A stretch of 64,000 nucleotides of DNA from Candidatus Brocadiia bacterium (GTDB lineage Bacteria; Planctomycetota; MHYJ01; JACQXL01). Where the stretch lies: positions 260,916 to 324,915 of the forward strand of contig JBBAAP010000001.1 in NCBI GenBank assembly GCA_041658285.1. The letters run 5' to 3'. This document shows, one piece after another, positions 17,900-26,584 of this stretch. The notes under the pieces are model-generated. The model had not been told where the DNA came from, made no database searches, and saw only the letters and a program-made list of their open reading frames with translations. The translations under genes were made by a program, and so were the position numbers. How positions within the stretch are numbered: position 1 is the first letter of the stretch; each line of letters starts with the position of its first letter.

Positions 17900-18997
17900 A
17901 TGCTGTCCTCGATGAAACAATTATTATCAATCCTGATAGTTATGATATTCCTCTGGCCCGGGCTTATCCTGGCCGAGGAGAAAAAAGCGCCGGCCAAACC
18001 CGACCCCAAGGCCGAGCGCGAAGCCAAAATCAAGGAGCTGGTCAAGCAACTCAGCGACCGCGATACCGACGTCCGGGTATCGGCCGCAAAATCGCTGGGC
18101 GAGATGGACGCCAAGGAATCAGCGCCGGATATCCGAAAACTGATATTCTCGGAAAAGATAATCGATGTGCGCGTGGCTGCGGTCCGGGCGCTGGGCGATA
18201 TGGATGCCAAAGACAAAGATTCTGTCAACGACCTGATAAAACTGCTTAAAGACGATGACTACGAGGTCAAACTGGCCGCCATGTCCGTGATGGGACAGCT
18301 AAAATCACAGAAGTTCAGCCCGGAACTCTACAAACTCTTTAAGGAAGAGATGTCCGAGGACATGAAAAAGGCCGCCGTCAACGCCCTGTCAAAGATGGGC
18401 GTCAAGGACTACAATACCGAACTGACCAAGATGCTCGATGATAAGAACATCGATACGCTCATGAAACGTAACGTTGTTTACGCCTTGGGTAAATTAGGCG
18501 CCAAGGAATCAACCATGAAGATAACCAAGCTGGCCAAGAACCCGGAAGAGCACGCCACCATCCGCCAGGCAGCGCTGGGGGCGCTGGGCGACCTGGGCGC
18601 GCGCGATATGGTGCCCGATATGATAAAGCTACTGTCCGACCGCGATGTCGATATCAGGAAAACCGTGGTCCGGGCGCTGGGCAAACTCAACGCCCGCGAG
18701 GCCATCCCCGACCTCTTGAATATTCTCAAGACCGACGCCTTTGTCCGGAGCATGGCCGCCCTGGCCCTGGGCGATATGAACGCCAAAGACGCCATACCGG
18801 ACCTGATAGCTTTGCTCAAGGATAAAAGCCAGCAATTGCGCGGCATCGCCGGGATAGCGCTGGTGGCGTTAAAGCAGAAAGACCAGGTGCCAAAGGAAAA
18901 CATCGCCGATATCAAAGCCCTGCTGGATATCCACGACGACGACCTGATAACCCGGGCCCAAAAAGCGCTCCAGGCCTTAAGCGTGGAGAATAAGTAA
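17900..18997 (+). CDS. HEAT / PBS-lyase repeat protein with signal peptide
   Basis: It has repeated D.D..VR..AA.ALG.M....A.P.L..LL.D units. The tracked ORF starts at 17753, but the signal peptide (MLSSMKQLLSILIVMIFLWPGLILA) begins at the ATG at 17900. That ATG shares the CATATG hexamer with the divergent upstream gene. Confidence 0.7.
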   Translation: MLSSMKQLLSILIVMIFLWPGLILAEEKKAPAKPDPKAEREAKIKELVKQLSDRDTDVRVSAAKSLGEMDAKESAPDIRKLIFSEKIIDVRVAAVRALGDMDAKDKDSVNDLIKLLKDDDYEVKLAAMSVMGQLKSQKFSPELYKLFKEEMSEDMKKAAVNALSKMGVKDYNTELTKMLDDKNIDTLMKRNVVYALGKLGAKESTMKITKLAKNPEEHATIRQAALGALGDLGARDMVPDMIKLLSDRDVDIRKTVVRALGKLNAREAIPDLLNILKTDAFVRSMAALALGDMNAKDAIPDLIALLKDKSQQLRGIAGIALVALKQKDQVPKENIADIKALLDIHDDDLITRAQKALQALSVENK

Positions 18998-19003
18998 AAT
19001 ATC

Positions 19004-20767
19004 CTACCTCTTAAAGAACTTGCCTATCTGGTCTTTAGTCAGCTTATATATGGCCGGGCGGCCGTGCGGACAGGTGGCTTTGTAGCCGCTCTTTTCAGCC
19101 AAATCCAACAGAGCTTTTATCTCTTGCCCGGACATCGGGTCGCCGGCCTTGATGGCCGCCTTGCAGGCCATCATCTTGACCATCTTGTCCAGGACCTTGG
19201 TTCGGTCTGATTTTGATATGTCATCATCAGCCAGCTCGTCCAGCAGTGATTTGATAAACTCGGCCATATCAATCTTTGTCAGCAACGCCGGCACGGCCAG
19301 TATCCGAACGGTATTCCTGCCGAACTCCTCGACCTCCAGCCCGATATCCTTCAGATACTCCGCCGCCTCGCGGACCAGCAGGAACTGCTTATGGGTCAGC
19401 TCGACCGACTGCGGCAGCAATAACCGCTGTTTTAGGACGCTGCCGGCCGAGAACTGTTCCATAAACGCCGTATAAAGCAGGCGCTCGTGCAGGGCGTGCT
19501 GGTCTATTATGGCCATGCCGTCCGGGACTTCCATTATAATGTAAGAGTTGTGGATTTGTATGAAAGGCAGCCGAGCGGTCCATCGATTCTCTTGCCCGCT
19601 GGTCTCTGTGTCCGGATATGAACTAACCGGCTGACCAACATCCTTGCCTCCGAAAAAATCCATCATCGCTTTCATTGTCCCGCTCTGTACTGATTCCTGA
19701 GGTATCACGCCGCCCGGCTCTATGGTGTTAATCCCCTCTAAAGGCCGGCCATCATTTGTCTGATGTGTCTGTGTCTCGCCAACCAGTTTGCCCCTGATAG
19801 TCGAGATAATCCGGTCGTGTAGCTGCCAGGCGTTGCGGAAACGCACCTCTATCTTGGTCGGGTGGGCGTTAACGTCCACCTGCGACGGGTCGATATCGAT
19901 AAACAAGACCACGAACGGGTACTGGCCGGACGGTATCAGCGAATAATACGACTGCCCGATAGCCCGGCTGATGACTCGGTCGCGGATGTAACGGCGGTTT
20001 ACGTAATAGAACTGGTATTTGGAATTAGGCCGGTTATATTCCGGGCGCGACATATACGCCCTGATGCTTAGGCCTTCGGACCGGTATTCGACGTATTCCA
20101 GCTGGCCGGCCGTGTCAGTGCCGAAAAACTGCCTGATGCGCTCCATCAAATCATCGGTCGCCGGCAGGTTGATTAACTGCTTATCCTGATGCTTGAGCAA
20201 AAAGCGCACCTCCGGGTGCGACAGTGCAAAACGGGTGACCGCGTCGGTGATATGCCCCAGCTCCACGGGCGGGCTTTTGAGGAACCGGCGCCGGGCCGGG
20301 GTATTGAAAAATATGTTCTCCACGGTGATGCTTGTGCCGGGCGCGCCGGCTGTCGGCTTGGGTTCGGTCACCTGTCCGCCTGATGCGGTAATCTCGTATG
20401 CCTCGGTCCGGTCAGCCGTCCGGGACACCAGCCTGACCTGCCCGATGGCGCCGATGCTGGCCAGCGCCTCGCCCCGAAACCCGAATGTCCGGACGGCAAA
20501 CAGGTCTTCCTCGGTATCTATCTTGCTGGTCGAATGCTGTTTGAATACCAGCGGCAGGTCGTCCGGCAGGATACCCCGTCCGTCATCGGTGATGCGGATG
20601 ACCCGCTTGCCGCCCTCTTCGACATAGACCTCGATGGACCGGGCGCCGGCGTCGAGCGAGTTCTCTATCAACTCCTTGACCACCGAGGCCGGGCGCTCGA
20701 TAACCTCACCAGCCGCTATTTTGTCTGCCAGCAGCTGTGATAATACTTTTATCCTATTTGAATCCAT
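19004..20767 (-). CDS. mutL: DNA mismatch repair protein MutL
   Basis: It has the GHKL ATPase N-terminus (LADKIAAGEVIERPASVVKELIENSLDAGA) and a C-terminal dimerisation domain. Confidence 0.95.
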   Translation of the reverse strand: MDSNRIKVLSQLLADKIAAGEVIERPASVVKELIENSLDAGARSIEVYVEEGGKRVIRITDDGRGILPDDLPLVFKQHSTSKIDTEEDLFAVRTFGFRGEALASIGAIGQVRLVSRTADRTEAYEITASGGQVTEPKPTAGAPGTSITVENIFFNTPARRRFLKSPPVELGHITDAVTRFALSHPEVRFLLKHQDKQLINLPATDDLMERIRQFFGTDTAGQLEYVEYRSEGLSIRAYMSRPEYNRPNSKYQFYYVNRRYIRDRVISRAIGQSYYSLIPSGQYPFVVLFIDIDPSQVDVNAHPTKIEVRFRNAWQLHDRIISTIRGKLVGETQTHQTNDGRPLEGINTIEPGGVIPQESVQSGTMKAMMDFFGGKDVGQPVSSYPDTETSGQENRWTARLPFIQIHNSYIIMEVPDGMAIIDQHALHERLLYTAFMEQFSAGSVLKQRLLLPQSVELTHKQFLLVREAAEYLKDIGLEVEEFGRNTVRILAVPALLTKIDMAEFIKSLLDELADDDISKSDRTKVLDKMVKMMACKAAIKAGDPMSGQEIKALLDLAEKSGYKATCPHGRPAIYKLTKDQIGKFFKR

Positions 20768-21188
20768 TTTTGTAAGCAGATTAAGCTGATTTATCTGATT
20801 TTAATCAAGTATTAATTTAGATTAGTAGACCGCTTATGTCAACCAAATTTCCTACACCCGAATACTTCAAATATAACCACTAAAACTACTGATTTTTAAT
20901 TTTACCACGAAGACACGAAAGTAAGAAAGCACTAAATTTCGTGTTTTGATAGTTTGGCTGTTAGAACATAGTGAGTTATCAGCCGACTATACCTAGCAGT
21001 CCATCGGCTGTTAGCGACAAAGGAGCGTTACAGCCGAGGATACCCAGCAGTAATTCACTAACGTTCAAACTGCTGGAGTATAATTCGCTAACACTCAAAC
21101 TGCCAGAGTACTGTTTCGAGTTTTCGTGGTATATTAATAAAATAATCAGTGTTCTCAGTGCCCTCAGTGGTTTAATATGGCGGATTTC
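20768..21188. repeat. Intergenic region composed of CAC-NNA-G family repeat modules
   Basis: It contains TACCACGAAGACACGAAAGTAAGAAAGCACTAAATTTCGTGTTTTG and GAGTTTTCGTGGTATATTAATAAAATAATCAGTGTTCTCAGTG. Its segments 20950-21000 and 21090-21110 recur as reverse complements at 23950-24040. Confidence 0.75.
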
Positions 21189-22451
21189 TTAAACAGTATC
21201 AGCCAATACGCTAATGGCGTGGCGGACCTTGACCCGGCCCTTATCAGCCGAACCGAGCAGGTATTCCAATTGCATCATACAGCCCGGGCAGTTGGTGACC
21301 ACAACATCGGGATTGGATTTGACAATACCGTCCAGCCGGGCTTGGCCGATGCGCCGGGACAGCTCCGGATACTTAAAACCGAACAACCCGCCCCCGCCGC
21401 AGCACAGGTCGGCCTCGGATTCACGATAGGCAGTTTCCTTGCGCAGGAACGACCTTATCATCTCCGGCGAATTATTCCAGGTGGAATGGCAAGGCTCGTG
21501 GTATAATGTAGAGTTCGGAGCGCTGGGTTTGGAGTAATTAATTCTATTCTCAGCCAGGCAGAATTCCATCACATCCATTATCTCAGGATGGCTCTGTGTC
21601 CTCTGAGCCTCCGTAGCTAGTAACAAAGGATACTCCGTTTTAAGCATCCGGCCGCAGGTAGCGCAAGCGGTCAGGACGATGTCAGCGTCCTTAAGCGCTT
21701 TGATATTATGTTGGGCCAGCTTCCGGGCGGTCCGGACATCACCCGAAAGCAATGCCGGCAGTCCGCAGCATAACTGGTCCTGCGGAATATAGTAATACAC
21801 GCCCATCTTATCCAGCACCTTGATGATATCGCCCAGCACTTCAGGGTAGATATAATTTATGGCACATCCGACGAATATAGCCACCTTTGGCTTATTGCCT
21901 CTGTGGCTCTGTGGCAAATATGAATCCAGCGCCGGTTTCTTAGCCAGCCGCGGTATCTTGGCAGTCAGCTCGCCCAGCGCCAGAGGCAGGTGCCGGAGCG
22001 GCGGACGGGCATACCCTGTAGAGGCAGGCCTCGCGCCTGCCTTATTTCGGGCAACCGCAAGGGTTGCCCCTACAAATTTCCAAATAGGAATAATCCGACT
22101 CATTACCCAAATCGACAGGTCATAGAGCCAGCGGTGCGGCAGAATCCAGTTAAACCCGAGCCATACCGGCAGAGGCAGTCCCTTTTGACGGACCGCCCGG
22201 GCCCGGCCGGACTTGAAGGCCTTGCCGGTCTCAACCAATGACGGGCAATTATCCTCACAGCGCAGGCACATCAGGCAGGAGTTGATAATCTCACGGGACC
22301 GGCTGGAATGGATGGGCAGTTGTTCCTTAAGGAAGGCAATGCGTCCGCGTGCCACCAGGGCTTCATCTTTAAGCGCGGCGAATACCGGGCAGACCGACCG
22401 GCACTGGCCGCATTTAGCGCACTGTTCTAAAACTTGAGGGTCTAATCTCAT
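21189..22451 (-). CDS. glcF: (Fe-S)-binding oxidoreductase, GlcF/GlpC-like, with two 4Fe-4S motifs and CCG domains
   Basis: It has CAKCGQCRSVCP and CLMCLRCEDNCP ferredoxin motifs followed by cysteine-rich CCG domains (CCGLPA, CCGGGG). Confidence 0.8.
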   Translation of the reverse strand: MRLDPQVLEQCAKCGQCRSVCPVFAALKDEALVARGRIAFLKEQLPIHSSRSREIINSCLMCLRCEDNCPSLVETGKAFKSGRARAVRQKGLPLPVWLGFNWILPHRWLYDLSIWVMSRIIPIWKFVGATLAVARNKAGARPASTGYARPPLRHLPLALGELTAKIPRLAKKPALDSYLPQSHRGNKPKVAIFVGCAINYIYPEVLGDIIKVLDKMGVYYYIPQDQLCCGLPALLSGDVRTARKLAQHNIKALKDADIVLTACATCGRMLKTEYPLLLATEAQRTQSHPEIMDVMEFCLAENRINYSKPSAPNSTLYHEPCHSTWNNSPEMIRSFLRKETAYRESEADLCCGGGGLFGFKYPELSRRIGQARLDGIVKSNPDVVVTNCPGCMMQLEYLLGSADKGRVKVRHAISVLADTV

Positions 22452-22502
22452 TATTAATTAGCCACGAATAAACTCGAATTAACACTAAATTATTCGTGTT
22501 TA

Positions 22503-23906
22503 TTAGTGTGCATTCGTGGTTTCAGCGGGGAATATTTTGCCGGAATTCATTATCCCCTTGGGGTCAAAGAGTGTTTTCAACTGCTTCATCAGCTCTATCT
22601 CGGCGGCGCTCAGCTCCAGCGCCAGGAAACGCGACTTGGTCAGCCCGATGCCGTGCTCGCCTGAAAGCGTTCCGCCGCACTTAACGGTCTCGGTAAAGAG
22701 TTCGTCCAACGCCTTTTCCAACGATGTTTTGTGTGCCTCGTTAGAGATAAGGAAATTAACGTGCAGGTTGCCGTCGCCCAGATGGCCGAAGGTGGCAATG
22801 GGGATTCCGTATTTTGATTCTATGGACTTAATCACGGCCAGGATATGGGTGATTTGGTCACGCGGCACGCAGATGTCCTCACTGGCCTTCTGGGCGGTGA
22901 TGGAATAAAGCGCCGGAGAAACGGCCTTGCGGATGGCCCAGAGCGATTTGGCTTCTTCCGGGCCGTTTGCCCGGAGCATCTTGCCCGGCCTTGACTGGCT
23001 GATTAATTCCTCCAGCGCCTTGGCTTGGCCGGCCAAGTCGTTCGGGTCGCCGTCCAGCTCTATCAAAATCCCGCTCCCAATTTCGGATTTCGGATTTCGG
23101 ATTTCGGATTTACCAAAATCAATATCTTTAAGATATGCTGTAACCGCCTTGAGCGATGAAGCGTCCATAAACTCTATGGCCCGGGGCAATATCCGTTTGG
23201 CCAGCGTATCCAACCCCAGCTTTACGGCCGCCGGTTCATTATCGTAAAATATAAAGAAAGTCGCCTCGGACTGCGGTTTGGGCACCAGCCGCAGGATTAT
23301 CTGGGTGATGATGCCCAGGGTTCCCTCGGAACCGATAAACAGGCGGGCCAGGTCGTAGCCGGTCGAGCGCTTGAGCGTCTTGCGTCCGGTATGGATGATT
23401 TGACCGCTGGGCAGGACAGCTTCCAGCCCAAGCACGTAATCCCTGGTGGTGCCGTATTTGATACAGCGCAGGCCTCCGGCGCCGCAGGCAACATTGCCGC
23501 CCAGGGTGCAGAAATCGGCGCTGGCCGGGTCAGGCGGGTAAAACAGGCCGTGCCGGCTGACCGCCTTCTGAAAATCAGCGCAGACCACACCCGGCTCAAC
23601 CACGGCCGTGAAGTTAACCGGATTAATCTCTATGATACGGTTCATTAAAGACAGGTCTATGACAATCCCGCCCTTGACCGGCACGGCCGAGCCGGTAACG
23701 GAACTGGCCGCACCCCGCGGGTAGACCGGGGTAGCGTGCTCCGAGGCAATCTTAAGGACATCGGATATCTCGGCGGCATTAAGCGGCTTAACAACTATGT
23801 CCGGCAGATGCTGGAGTTTGGAGGCGTCGTAAGACGCGGCTAACCGGTCCTCAGGCAACCTGGAAATCCGTTCCGCCGAGATTATTTTTCTTAGTTTGTC
23901 GTACAT
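22503..23906 (-). CDS. glcD: FAD-linked oxidase, GlcD / D-lactate dehydrogenase-like
   Basis: It has the FAD-binding PCMH domain (PRGAASSVTGSAVP...) and the conserved C-terminal GTLSGEHGIG motif. It contains an in-frame heptanucleotide repeat insert. Confidence 0.85.
   Translation of the reverse strand: MYDKLRKIISAERISRLPEDRLAASYDASKLQHLPDIVVKPLNAAEISDVLKIASEHATPVYPRGAASSVTGSAVPVKGGIVIDLSLMNRIIEINPVNFTAVVEPGVVCADFQKAVSRHGLFYPPDPASADFCTLGGNVACGAGGLRCIKYGTTRDYVLGLEAVLPSGQIIHTGRKTLKRSTGYDLARLFIGSEGTLGIITQIILRLVPKPQSEATFFIFYDNEPAAVKLGLDTLAKRILPRAIEFMDASSLKAVTAYLKDIDFGKSEIRNPKSEIGSGILIELDGDPNDLAGQAKALEELISQSRPGKMLRANGPEEAKSLWAIRKAVSPALYSITAQKASEDICVPRDQITHILAVIKSIESKYGIPIATFGHLGDGNLHVNFLISNEAHKTSLEKALDELFTETVKCGGTLSGEHGIGLTKSRFLALELSAAEIELMKQLKTLFDPKGIMNSGKIFPAETTNAH
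23080..23111. repeat. Heptanucleotide microsatellite (ATTTCGG) x4.6 inside the glcD-like coding sequence
   Basis: Copies start at 23080, 23087, 23094 and 23101, followed by a partial copy. On the minus strand it encodes KSEIRNPKSEIG, an insert relative to E. coli GlcD in the loop before the conserved ELDG. Confidence 0.85.
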
Positions 23907-24190
23907 ATTAATTAGTTTACTTAGGATTATGTATAAATCAAGACATTTAAGAAAGTATACTCTGGCAGTTTGATGGCGTCTTTGGCGCCAGAATTACTGC
24001 CAAGTATCCTGGGCTAATAACTCACTGCATTCTAACAGCCCACGGATAATTAAAGTTGAGTTCTGGCCAAATAAATTGACACTTCCGGATAAAATGACTT
24101 AATATGATTTAAGGAAAATAAAATCAGGCAAAAGGAAATAGACGCGAACGGGTGTGTTTCCAACCCAAATAATAATGATGGAGGCTAAAT

Positions 24191-26014
24191 ATGGGTTTAT
24201 TTGCGTCAATAATTCATTTACGAGATGTTGAGCAAAACCAGGTAATCAAAGAAATTGATAAGCGTATGAGTGAGTCAGGGTATCGCAGGAGTGAATTATT
24301 GTCTATTCCCCAAAGTGGTCCTTCCACACTCCCCGACCACAAAAAATGGATGAACGATGGCAAGTACTACTTAGTTTCGCCTAAACAAGGTAATTGGGTA
24401 ACCATTATTGAGTCGCCACTTGTAACTACCGAACCATATGGAAGCGGCCTTGCCAACATGTTAAGCAAAACATTATCCACATACTCATTAGCGTTAAGTG
24501 TCCACGATAGTGATATCTTCTTCTACAATTTAGATTATAAGGGAGTCCCCAAAGACGGGTATAACAGTTATCCTCAGTACTTTGAGGATGCGCGACTCAG
24601 TAATGCTAAGGTAAAAGAACAAAGGCATACGCCGGAAGAGTTTCAACCAATTTTACCTCAAGGCGTAACAATGGAGCAATTAAAAAACATTTTAAATGCC
24701 GGCTGGTGGAATGAATTTGATACGGGTTCTTTAGGTAATGATGGCGCAGTCACCGGAAATGATGAGTATTTTGGTTCAGAGGAAAATAGAATGACCGATT
24801 TTGGCACCTTACTACAATTAGGTGGCAAAGTGACTAAATATCCATATGCGTTTTGGGATGGGTCGGAAGATATTCTATGGAAGGAATTCAAGGCTATTAG
24901 ATACTTAAAACAGAAAAATAGCTGTATGATATTTTTCGATAATGAAATCCAGGAGAACTCAACTTATGCACAAAGGTTTTTTTCCTTATGCATTGATTTC
25001 AGCACATTTTTATTATTAGCATTAATTTGTACACTAGCGCCTGAGCCATACGATACAATTTCCGCATTTACCTTGATTGTATGGTATATTGTATGGCATA
25101 AAATATTCCGAAAAACAGGACAAACCATTGGAACAAAGTTAATGAGAATAAGAGTTGTTCCGATGTATGGGTCTAAATTATCTTTTATAGCCCCGTTTTA
25201 CCGAATATTTTTAAGCGCTCCTCAATTTGCTCTTTTTGCGGCATACGAAAACATAGACCGGCATGAAGACCAATCTATCCTTGATAAGGTATCGCATACA
25301 TATACAATTAAACTAAAAAATAAAATCGTTAGCAAAGGGACCGTTTCTACCGGCGGAGATGCTGCAACCCAGGGACAAAAAATCTTTACAGGCAGAAATA
25401 AATACCGCCAAGCGAGCATTCAACGACTGAGCAAGTTTGGTATCAAAATTCCCGGACACCTACCTTTAATCGAGAATAATTCGGAGTTGAATCCTAGAAG
25501 TAAGGATGAGGTAATAGGCAAAATATGCGCCTTTGGATATGTCATTGGCATGGGGTACACTGATAAAACAGATGATTTGATTGCCAGTATAGATAAATAC
25601 AAACTTTGGCCATATGTCAGTCAGTTCCAGGCCAAGTGCCTTAAAAATCCGGGTAGTATAACAAAACAGGACAAGACAAATTTTATGTGGCTGGCCGAGT
25701 GCGTTTATGCATTTGCTTGGTGTCTGAAGATTGTTGAACTGGATTGCACTAAAACCTGCCCTGATAATCTGGCTGATTTAACCGTTCCAGGCCATACGCC
25801 GGATGAATTCATGAAGAACAAGGAAATGAGGAGCCTTGAAGAAATACAACAAGAAGCGGATTTTCATTACTGCTTACATTGGTATGAGCAACAATGCCGT
25901 ATAGATGGCAAAAAGGGGTTAGTTGGAGAAGGGGTAATCTGGGAAAGAAGAAGAGCATTGGATTGGACGATTGGCGTTTCTAACGACTGGGATGATATGC
26001 CAAGCGATACCTAA
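24191..26014 (+). CDS. Hypothetical protein with a central RDD-family membrane domain (low-GC islet)
   Basis: 607 aa with GGAGG as SD. The central TM pair carries the RDD-like motif (GQTIGTKLMRIRVV). The C-terminal ~250 aa contain FMWLAECVYAFAWCLKIVE ... ERRRALDWTIGVSNDWDDMPSDT, which resembles DUF4272-type C-terminal domains. GC content is markedly lower than in the flanking DNA. Confidence 0.6.
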   Translation: MGLFASIIHLRDVEQNQVIKEIDKRMSESGYRRSELLSIPQSGPSTLPDHKKWMNDGKYYLVSPKQGNWVTIIESPLVTTEPYGSGLANMLSKTLSTYSLALSVHDSDIFFYNLDYKGVPKDGYNSYPQYFEDARLSNAKVKEQRHTPEEFQPILPQGVTMEQLKNILNAGWWNEFDTGSLGNDGAVTGNDEYFGSEENRMTDFGTLLQLGGKVTKYPYAFWDGSEDILWKEFKAIRYLKQKNSCMIFFDNEIQENSTYAQRFFSLCIDFSTFLLLALICTLAPEPYDTISAFTLIVWYIVWHKIFRKTGQTIGTKLMRIRVVPMYGSKLSFIAPFYRIFLSAPQFALFAAYENIDRHEDQSILDKVSHTYTIKLKNKIVSKGTVSTGGDAATQGQKIFTGRNKYRQASIQRLSKFGIKIPGHLPLIENNSELNPRSKDEVIGKICAFGYVIGMGYTDKTDDLIASIDKYKLWPYVSQFQAKCLKNPGSITKQDKTNFMWLAECVYAFAWCLKIVELDCTKTCPDNLADLTVPGHTPDEFMKNKEMRSLEEIQQEADFHYCLHWYEQQCRIDGKKGLVGEGVIWERRRALDWTIGVSNDWDDMPSDT

Positions 26015-26103
26015 GAGCCCTTGGGGACAGTCCCGCATTCGAGAGCCCTTGGGGACAGTCCCGCATTCGGCAAGAGCCCTTGGGGACAGTCCCGCATTCG
26101 GCA
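26014..26103. repeat. Tandem array A: 3 copies of a 28-31-bp unit (AGAGCCCTTGGGGACAGTCCCGCATTCG) containing the GGGACAGTCCC palindrome
   Basis: The copies start at 26014, 26042 and 26073 with no spacers. The first copy overlaps the stop codon of the 607-aa gene. Confidence 0.85.
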
Positions 26104-26180
26104 AACGCTGTTTTTATAGCCATTCCAAGGCGTTATTTTCTAAAAATAACCCTCTTTTAGCCTTGGAGAGTATTATATAG

Positions 26181-26311
26181 GAGCTGTGTTAGTCAACACC
26201 GGAGCTATGTGATATAACATAAGAGCTGTGTGATATAACATAAGAGCTGTGTGATATAACATAAGAGCTGTGTGATATAACATAAGAGCAATATGACATC
26301 ATATTGCTCTT
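26181..26311. repeat. Tandem array B: 5 copies of a 21-bp unit (GAGCTGTGTGATATAACATAA) followed by a perfect 11-bp-stem hairpin
   Basis: The copies start at 26181 (degenerate), 26202, 26223, 26244 and 26265. The hairpin AGAGCAATATG-ACAT-CATATTGCTCT follows at 26284-26311. Confidence 0.85.
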
Positions 26312-26458
26312 GGGGCCCGGATAAACCAAGTAATTAAGCCCATTTAAGAGCATCATTTTCTCAAACCCGCCCTATTCCACCTCAAAAACGAATATAACGC
26401 ACTTCCAGCCAGGGGGGGGTATCCCCCCCATACTATACCCCCTCCCCCCGGATACTAC

Positions 26459-26580
26459 ATACCTTGTGAGGTGGTTATATATACCTTGTGAGGTGGTTAT
26501 ATATACCTTGTGAGGTGGTTATATATACCTTGTGAGGTGGTTATACATACCTTGTAAGGTGGTTATATATACCTTGCATC
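26459..26580. repeat. Tandem array C: 5.5 copies of a 22-bp unit (ATACCTTGTGAGGTGGTTATAT), preceded by G8 and C7 homopolymer tracts at 26412-26429
   Basis: The copies start at 26459, 26481, 26503, 26525 and 26547, with a partial copy at 26569. The array abuts the suhB stop. Confidence 0.85.
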
Positions 26581-26584
26581 TTAC

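Noticed and set aside
26014-26580. Possible CRISPR array, given the regular short repeats
   Set aside because: The repeats are directly contiguous with no unique spacers. Three different units alternate. No cas genes lie nearby.
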